Source: Paraspadella gotoi (taxonomy: Eukaryota; Animalia; Chaetognatha). Taken from it: a stretch of 64,000 nt of DNA. The stretch lies in assembly GCA_051294375.1 (NCBI GenBank), contig CM119269.1, positions 6,957,552 through 7,021,551 of the forward strand, in the 5' to 3' direction. Below, one piece after another: positions 54,890 through 64,000 of this stretch. The notes under the pieces were generated by a model that saw nothing but the letters and a program-made list of their open reading frames with translations, did no database searches and was not told the origin of the DNA. Position numbers and translations under genes: made by a program. Each line of letters starts with the position of its first letter. Positions within the stretch are counted from its first letter, which is position 1.

Positions 54890-55843
54890 AAGACAGAAAA
54901 TAACTTTAAATCTAAGGGACTGCTAGCGCCACCTATAATTATAATGAATAAAACACGTAATTTTGATGCAGTGTATTGCATAAATACATAAAAAAAGTTT
55001 TTGAGTCATGTTATGTCATATAATGTGATCAAAGGGAAATAAACGTGAAAATAAAGTTACTGCGGCGCTACACATTGGAATCGTAACCGTTCTATTTTTT
55101 CTTTTATTTTATGTTCTTTTTTACTTTTTTTATTTGTTTTTATTTCACCCTCAGGTCGCCATTTTTTTTTTCTATTCCGTCGCAGGGGGAAAAAAAAGAT
55201 CTTCCCTCTGAAAGACCGATGAGGAAAAAATGACGTCCGTATTTTTTCCCCCTCTCGAACCCTGAATATATATATATTCGATATTTATTATTTTATATCT
55301 ATATTTTTAAATTTATACTTTTTATTCGCTCGAATGACGGAACGAATCGTATTTCTTTTCGAAGTTAATAGACGTTTAATAGACTGTTCATGAATTGCCG
55401 AGTTTTATTTCCCTTCGCTACCCTGCAGTCTTTCGAGGGGAAAAAATGATATTTTATCTTTTCGCCGTTGGTCTACCGGGCGAACCATTTTTCATCGCCG
55501 GCACCCCCCCCTCTTTTCTAAAAAGGATGGAAACGGTTATTTCTTCTGTCTCAAACTGTCTTCCCAATCGGTTTCTGCGACGTATTTAATGACCACCCGG
55601 CATAGACAGTCACGTCGAACGGATATTCCGATAGACGGACAGACGAGCAGACGGACAGAGTGCCACGTCTCACGTTTTATTTCTAAAAAAAAAAATGGTT
55701 TCTTATTTTATGAGGCTTCGACGGAAAAGACGAGACAGGAAATAATATCAAGAAGAAGAGAATAGTGAGATCGTGAAAAGTGAATCAGTGAGAAGAAGTC
55801 GAAAGTGCAAAAACGTTGTCAAGAGAAAAGACGCAATATTTTT

Positions 55844-55877
55844 ATTATTATTATTTTATTATTATTAATTATTATTA

Positions 55878-55940
<63 letters not shown>
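55844..55940 (+). repeat. (ATT)n microsatellite
   Basis: Directly visible. Confidence 0.95.
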
Positions 55941-56504
55941 GTACTAACTTAAATAAGTCAGGTAGTATTTCGTTAAGGTGAGGATATGAGTCGACATATT
56001 TAAAAAAACACATCTTCAGTCTCAGAGACATATTGCTGGAAGGAAAAAAAGTTTCAGAGATGCATAGATTTCTGAGAGGAAAACAATTTTCACACTCACC
56101 AATCCTGATTGATTTAAATTATCATATCCCTTGCCTGAAATGAATCTAGACAAAAATATTTATTATAATATTATATATATTCAAAGATACCAATTTTCAT
56201 TGAAGCAAATCTTCACAGAGGCAGAATTTTCACTGACGCAAATCTTCACAGACTCAAAATTGAAAGCGAAGACCCAAAAAATCACTTCTCCATTCTTGTT
56301 GACGTGAAATCCATCATTTTTGTTTGGACTGATATTATATTTGGACGCCATGAAGCTTCACGAAAAGAATTCCGTTCTCTCCCAGCGTTTATAATATTTT
56401 AAATTAATATTTTATCGATATTATCGACAAGACGAATTGAATTACGGCCAAAAAAGAAAAGCTGTGACGATATCGACAGCATCGGTGATGGCGATGACGA
56501 CGAA

Positions 56505-56555
<51 letters not shown>

Positions 56556-57327
56556 AATGATGATGACCAGACGGTCATGACAAATACTAAATCGTAAATA
56601 TGGAGATAAAAATTTACTCCATCTACGCAAAAAAAAATATGTAGGTAAGGAAATAATATGGAATATATATTTACACTTTTTGAGAAATGTCAAACTACTG
56701 ACATTCGATACCCCACAGTGACGACTATGATAACGACGATGATGACGACGATAATGACGACTATGACGACGACAATGACAACGCTGACATTCAACCAAAA
56801 CTTTGTGACGAAGAATTTTTGTCTCCAAAGAAAAAAAATTGATTAGCATTAAAAAGGAAGAACGACAACGACGACGACGACGGGAAAAAGAATTCTTCAA
56901 GTACAAAGACTTTGTACTCAGAACTCCAGAATTTAATTTCATCTTAAGAATTATTTAATTTCTCGCAGTTTCAAAGTCATGAGTTGTTTATTGAGTAAAA
57001 TAGATCAACTCTGACTCAAACTCATAAAAATACTAAAGAGATGATTACAACAACAACAACAACAACAACGACGCCGACGAAAATTACCCCATCCTCCAAA
57101 TGTCAAGCGAAAAAATAAATCTCCGAATAAATCTTCCGACCTCCGAAATTCCGTTTCTTCACCAAAAATATTTAAATTCTTTGAGCTAAAAAATAAAAAA
57201 AACAAAGATTAGAATAAATGTTTAAATGCAAATAGGAGTCGCAGTTTTCTCCGCCTCTTTTTTTTTTGGCCTTTTATTTTCTTTAACCTTTTTTTTGGGA
57301 GTTTCATTCTTTCTTTCCTCCTACACG

Positions 57328-57362
<35 letters not shown>

Positions 57363-58466
57363 GCGCGCGTCGTCTCGTTCTCCTCGTCCGTGATTCTTAG
57401 TCGCGACGAATTTCGATTTGAAAAAAAAAAAAATCTAAAACATAAAAAACTTTTTTCCTCCGAAATTCGAATTCAAATGGCAACTTTTTTCGTTAAAATG
57501 GATTTCGTTCGTAGCGAATTTGTTGGCGCGTCGTCTTTAACGAATTCGGATATAAGGACGCTAAGAATCCGCGATTGTACGAGATAAAACCGAATTGAAT
57601 AACGTTAAATTATAATAACGTCTAACTTTGGCTTGCGAACATTTGCGTGTACTTTTTCGACCAGTTCGTCATCGTTACGTTTAAACCTAATTCATTGTCA
57701 CAATCACAGCTATTAAGGATCTGGATTAAATGATTGGTTCAAATGCTTGATTCTTCCGCCATTTTTTTTGCCGAGTTCGAATAAAAAAGTAAATTTGGTG
57801 TAAAGCTAAGATTAAACTCGGCCCGATGCCATTCTTACATATTTTTTTGTTTTAAGAATTTTTCTTTTATTTTAATAATTTCTGTTTCGAAAATCAAATT
57901 TGATTAACGTTGCTTAATGCTTATCTCTTTCTTTTAAGAAGAAAATGTCTAGAATGAAAAAACAAAAACAACCAAATGTAAACAAAACAAAAACGAAAAT
58001 GAAAACAAAATGAAGCGGAAATCTAAACTGCGAATCCGGTTAAACGCGAACCCAAGAGAATTAATCCCAATTTCGGCTTAACGGTTCTGGACTTTAGGTG
58101 TTTTTTTTTTCGTTTTTTTTTAATCGTATTTTTTTTTATTTGGTCATTCTGTTTAATCATCAACATTAACTGTTTAATTGCTTTTTTTCACACTACATAA
58201 TTACGACAAGTAAAATTAATTAAACATGTTCGAATAAAGTTACGTTGATAATAGAATTATAAATTGCTTTGTCAAATAAATCGAAACCAAATAAATCGAA
58301 CCTCATTAATGACTTTAGTTTTCATATCGTTGTTGTTCTTTATCAAAAAAATATTTAATATTTTATTATTTTTTATTTATTTTTGAAATTACTGTCTTGG
58401 TTTTTCCTTTCTTTTGTTGTATTAAAAAATATTTTTATTTGCAACGAAGTTATCCTCACCATCTGA

Positions 58467-58561
<95 letters not shown>

Positions 58562-60737
58562 AAAGCAAAGCATTCCTCGAAACACGTCCGTCATAATCAA
58601 AACATTTTTTTCGCGTCAAAACTTTCTTTTTTAAATTTCATTTTCATCATGGATTCAATTCATCTTTTCCGACTAAAAATCTCGTCTACCATTTTTTTCC
58701 ATCTTCATATTCTTCTAATGGAATCGAATCTTTTGCTTCGCGAAACTTTTTCATGGATTCTTTGCGTGTTTTGTACGTCGTCATCACTGTCGTCGTCGTC
58801 GTCGTCGTATTTTTTTTAAACCTCTTAATCGTTGTCATCATTGCCAATGTCATCGCCGAAGTCGTCGTCATTGTCATCTTCACACTCTTCGTGCGGAGTC
58901 GTCGTCATTTCGTCTGTATCGTAATTACCATCGTCGTCGTCGTCGTCGTCGTCGTCGTTTCCTCGTAAAATTCGCGCGAAAATCTGATTTGTTCCTCAAA
59001 TCGAATTTGGGTTCGGAAATCAACCGCGAGAGGGCTTCTCTCCGTCCACGCGATTCTTCGCCCGCGGGCGTCGCCCGTTTTCATCGCCGCCGCGTAACGC
59101 GCCCCCGCTTATCGCGCCTCCCGCGCGTCGCGGCACCAAAACGTGGTTGCGTATCAGTCGCGCGTTTTATTAATTAACTCGGTCGGCGAGCATATCGAGC
59201 TTCTTTGGCATTTATGCGCATGCGTCGCATGATCGGCTTTATCTTTCCACGAACAAAGTTGCTGATATCGCGATACGAATTTTGTGAAGGCTTCACGTTC
59301 GTCCGAGTTTGATTATCGGCGAATTTATCGACTCAATACGAAATAATAGTCGGTCGAACGTGGATTTATTTTTGCTTAAAAGTGATTAGATTTGTATTAT
59401 TTAAATCTAAATTTGAATTAACTCTATTCCAAATCTGCTTGTAAACATCTTCATTCTCCAGTGTCTTCACCATCTATAATAGATATGTCGCTCCGCGCTT
59501 AAAAAGAAATCCGAAAGAACGAAGCGGTTTCGGATAATTTTTGGTTCCTAGCAATTTTTGCGACCAGTAGGCGCAGTAATATATTACATAAACCATGGAT
59601 GATTCTGAAACTGCAGTGGCGCTATCCAACGCCGCCGGAAAAAGAAAATCCATAAATGTCTGACTAAAAAACTACTGAAAAATAAACACGGTACGCAGTC
59701 TTACATCTTTCTTAATTTTATTTTGCGTATTTACTGTATAAAAAAGTTCAAATACAGTATTAAAGCGGATCATTGCCTGCATCCTGATTCTGTTGGTTTG
59801 ACTTGAACACATCACACGAACACACAAATACAGACTCATTAGTATAGATCCAATCAGCACATCATCCACAATTTTTTCTCTATAAAATTTGTTGTCATTT
59901 TTGTTTCTTACTGTTTTTGCCAAACATCCTTTAAAATTATAAAAATTAAGATTAGCGTAATGAAACTACATGTCTAGTACATTTCGAGGTCGGAACAAAA
60001 GAAAATTCATGATGATCAATAGTATATATAGTTGAATCATATTGTTCTTGCATATTTACACCTTTATTGATAAGAAAGACCTTGATTATAATGAAAAACA
60101 ACAATTTTATCAAACAGCTACATGCATTAGCGTGTTTATTAAAAAGATTGTAGTGGCTTTTTTTAATAAGAAATTGTTTTATTAATATAGCTAATGGGCA
60201 TTATGCAAAGTTTTAAAATTGCACCTGAAGATGACAAAATTAAAAAATCTGATAATACAGTCTTTTAGCCCTATGGTCAGTAGTTTTTAAATCAGCCGGA
60301 CAAAAGTATTGAACCTCCTAAATTTTCATATTTAAATCATATGTTTTTTAAGGTGTTGCAACATGATTTTATTTTATTTTTGTTTTCAAAACAAAAATGA
60401 TAATTCATGTTATCTTATAGTAATTATATTTAACATTTGAAGTATAGAAAATTTTTGCTTATATAAGAAACAAATTCAGTCTGTTCTCTTTCAGAATCCA
60501 TATTTAATTTATTTTCTGTTAATTATGATATTAACGCAGCCAAGTCGCTTTTAATTTAATTTCGAAAAGTGGTTATACTCTTGAGCGAAGTTCGGAGTCC
60601 AGTTGTAAAAGAAATCCTTTTTGAAACATTTTGAGAGAAATTATAGTGAGAAGATGCCCCATAATATGGCTTTAATATAGATACCCAGTCTCATCGTTCT
60701 TCATTTCTGGTTTAAAAAGTTATCAAAGAAAATACAA

Positions 60738-63580
60738 TTTTTAGTCGGATCTGCTTATCAGCAGATCCCGACTCTATAACTCACTTTTTATAACTCCACT
60801 TTTTCGGTCCGTCCGGTCCGCCCCCTCAATATTGTCGGGCACACACTTATATCATGTCAGAACATCGAATTATGATAAATTATGCAAAAAAAATGATGTC
60901 CGTCCGTCCGTCGTCCGTCCGCCGTCCACCTTAGCAAAAAACACCAATTACTCGTGATTGGATGGATGGATTTAAATGGAAATTTTGTGTGTGATAGGTA
61001 AGTGTGATGATTGAGCTGGATATTAAGTTTCGATGGAATCGTCCGAGTGGAAATGAGTTTAAATGGAAAAACAAAAAAATATATTCACTATTTGAACACC
61101 AATTGCTCATGAGTGGATGGGCTGATGACCTGGAATTGTATGTGGGTAGGAAAGTGTGTGAATTGAACAGGAAATCAAGTTCGATGGAATAGTTTGAGTG
61201 AAATGAGTTTAAATGGAAAAAAACAAAAAACCTGTTTTACTAAATTGGATTATGCTTCTTTTTTCCTTTATATTAAATGTATCTGCAGGATGTATTAATA
61301 AATCAAATAATTAATCAGTTAATTAATCAATTAGTAAATAAATTAATCAATAATTAATTAATTAGTCAATCAATCCGTCCATCCGTTCCCATCTTAGCAA
61401 AAAAGCTCCAATAACTCGTGATTGCTGGTTGGATTGGAATTAAATTTTGTGTGTGGTAGGAAAGTGTGTGATAAAGCTGATATAAAATTTCGATGGAATC
61501 GTGTGAGTGGGAAATTAGTTAAATGGAAAAAACATAAGTCGAATTACTAAAATTTGTTTTACTTATTTAACCAATAAATAACTCCAATTAATCATAATTG
61601 ATGGATAGATTGAGTTGAAATTTTTTGTGTGTGGGTAGGAAAACGTATGACGAAGCTTGAATATAAAGTTTCAGTGGAACGTACCAGTGGAAATGAGAAA
61701 AATTTAAAATGAAAAAAATATGAGTCCACTTTACTTGAATTTTTTATTTATTTTAACCATGATAGATTGAGATGAAATTTTTTGTGAGCCGGTAGGAAAG
61801 TGAGTGAAGAAGCTAGAATATAAAGTTTTGACGGAATGCAAGTTGAAAAAAAAAATGATGCAAGTTGAAAAAAATGATGCAAGTTAAAAAAATCTTAAAG
61901 CCCCCGCACATTAAGGATCGCGCTATTGCATAAAAGAGAAATAGAGAGAGAGAAGAGGAGGGAGGGGGAAGGGAGGAGAGGAGAGAGAAAGAGAGAGAGG
62001 AGAGAGAGAGAGAGAGAGAAGAGAAGAGAGAAAAAATAAAAAAATCTTAAAAGACTCAAGATCGAGCCAGAGCCCACTATCATAGAAAATTTAATGAAAA
62101 AACCCGGAGAAAAAAACGAATGAATCTGCGGATAACGAATTGTTTGATGTACTTAGTAATTGATTGAAGAATACTAATTGATTGATGTAATAGTAATTTA
62201 TGATGTAATAGGAATTGGATTAATTTTGATTCGATGATTAATCAAATTATTGATTGCGATGATAGTCATTCACTGCCTGTTGTATTGATAGTCATTCAGT
62301 GATGCGATGCATTGTCATTCATTTGATTCGATGATTGCATTCAGTTGATTGCGATGATAGTCAATAAAACAAACAAAATGCGGTAAGTGTTGATGAAAGA
62401 TGAGAGAGAAAGGAAGAGAGAGATGAGAAGAAAGAGAGAGAGAGAAAGAAAGAGAGAGAGAGAGAAAAGAGAGAGATGAGGAGAGAGAAAGGAAAGAGAA
62501 TAAATCCACGAAAATCTCGGATGAAATATGGGATTTTTGTTTTGTATTTGAAAAAAAGCGCGGAATTAAAATGGCAATAATAAAAAGTTTTTTAGAAGGC
62601 AAAAAATAATCAGAATTTTTCAAAAAAACAAACGATCACGCAAAGATCGGACAGATAGGGACAGACACACACAGAGAGACAGAGATGACAGAGGAGAGAG
62701 AGAGAAAAGAGGAGAGGGGATGGAGGAGAGACAGCCCCCTGCAGAGAAAAATGAGAAAGAGGGAATCAGAGCGATATTATAATTAATTAAAGAGATGAGA
62801 GAGTGAGAAGCTCTAGAGCCCCTACTCGTGTTAAGAGATCCCAAATCAGCAGTACTTATGGCGCCGCAGCGTAGCGTGAGCTATTCTCTACCAAAGGACC
62901 GGTGTTTCGCGCCCTGTTCCGGTATCGTTTTTTACATTAGGTTGAACCCACATTATATCTAAAATTTTTGTAAAAAAAAAAAAAGAGGAGAAGAGACGAG
63001 AGAGAGAGAGAGGAAAGAAGCTGGACAGACCGCTGCAGAGCCGGCAACTCGTTTTTAGAAGAAGCAGCCAGTAGTGACGCGAGAAAAAGAGGAGAGAGGG
63101 AGAGAGCGACATATAATTTAAAACGTTTTTTGTTTTGTAAAATAAAAACATTAAACAATTACCAATATGATATAAACATGGGATTTAGATTACTGATGAT
63201 TGGTTAGAAGCCATTCATAGAAAATTCAACTCCCTATGATATCACACTTTTCAGAAGCCATGATTGCAAAAAAGCGAGACCGAAAGCTAAACCGAAAAAA
63301 AAATTTAGACAGGACGGGCTTTGCCCGCCTGGCTCGTTACCATTAATAAGGATATTTGTTTGTTTTGATAAAAATGTAAACAAAACATTAATACTGTCTG
63401 ACTCAATTTTAAGGACATCGGATGATGACAAGCTGAATATAAATTATAATTAATCTATTAATTTAATTAATTAATTAATCTATTAATTAATTAATGTAAT
63501 CTTATTAATTAATTAATCTGAATTGAATTAATATTCACATTAATTAACTTAATGTGATCGTAGGCAGATCCGATCTTGTT
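60738..63580 (+). mobile_element. Helentron-associated (HINE/DINE-1-like) element with internal ~150-bp tandem repeats
   Basis: 5' TTTTT-AGTCGGATCTGCT-tatc-AGCAGATCCCGACT-CTATAA; (GTCC)n; about five diverged internal units (60945-61840); inverted subterminal GCAGATCCGA followed by TCTTGTT at 63564-63580. The 3' boundary is inferred. Confidence 0.6.
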
Positions 63581-64000
63581 ACTGCTCAAACTTGTTTACA
63601 CCAATAAGTCACTTCGCCTTGACATGTCTTAGAGATATCATTTAAGTGGAACCAAAAAGAAAATATAAAGAACGCAGATTGATTTAAAAATTGGGCGTGG
63701 AAAATGACCTTTTTTTGTAGATTATTTTCAACGCGTGGGTTCGATTGATTTGAAATGTTACAATGAGACAATATTGACATATTTCCTATCTAAAGTAAAA
63801 ATAGTTTAAAATATTTAAATAACATTATAAACGACCAGGTAACTTGCCTATCTATCTATAATCTTTTTACCTTCTCTCATCCTCTCACCATCACTGACTT
63901 CGTCTCCATCTCGAAGTCTTCCAAAACCATCTCTCGTTTTGAAATATTATGCCTCGCCTCCTACATTTAAACCTCTTTTTCTCTCTCTCTCTCGTTTACG

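Overview
AT-rich, (GA/CT)n-dense genomic DNA from an invertebrate animal. It is a draft assembly with four N gaps and many small indels; nothing here is prokaryotic. Protein-coding content reconstructed by hand: (1) a multi-exon ROS1/Sevenless-type receptor ectodomain on the minus strand (266-18199, continuing off the left edge); (2) a candidate 7-exon orphan gene nested antisense in one of its introns (822-2716, +); (3) a highly divergent ionotropic glutamate receptor/IR-like gene present twice, because an ~11 kb block is duplicated across a 25-N gap (probably an assembly artefact); (4) a complete 11-exon anoctamin-7-like gene (42569-51252, +, ~845 aa). Non-coding highlights: a Penelope-like retroelement insertion in an ANO7 intron with a minimal hammerhead ribozyme, 43-bp inverted ends and a 14-bp target-site duplication; a second hammerhead motif at 19.56 kb; a hairpin-rich 256-bp solo-LTR/MITE-like repeat in two copies; Helentron/DINE-1-like elements; and four independent tandem duplications of exon-intron junctions. 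All calls come from reading the sequence; no database searches were run.
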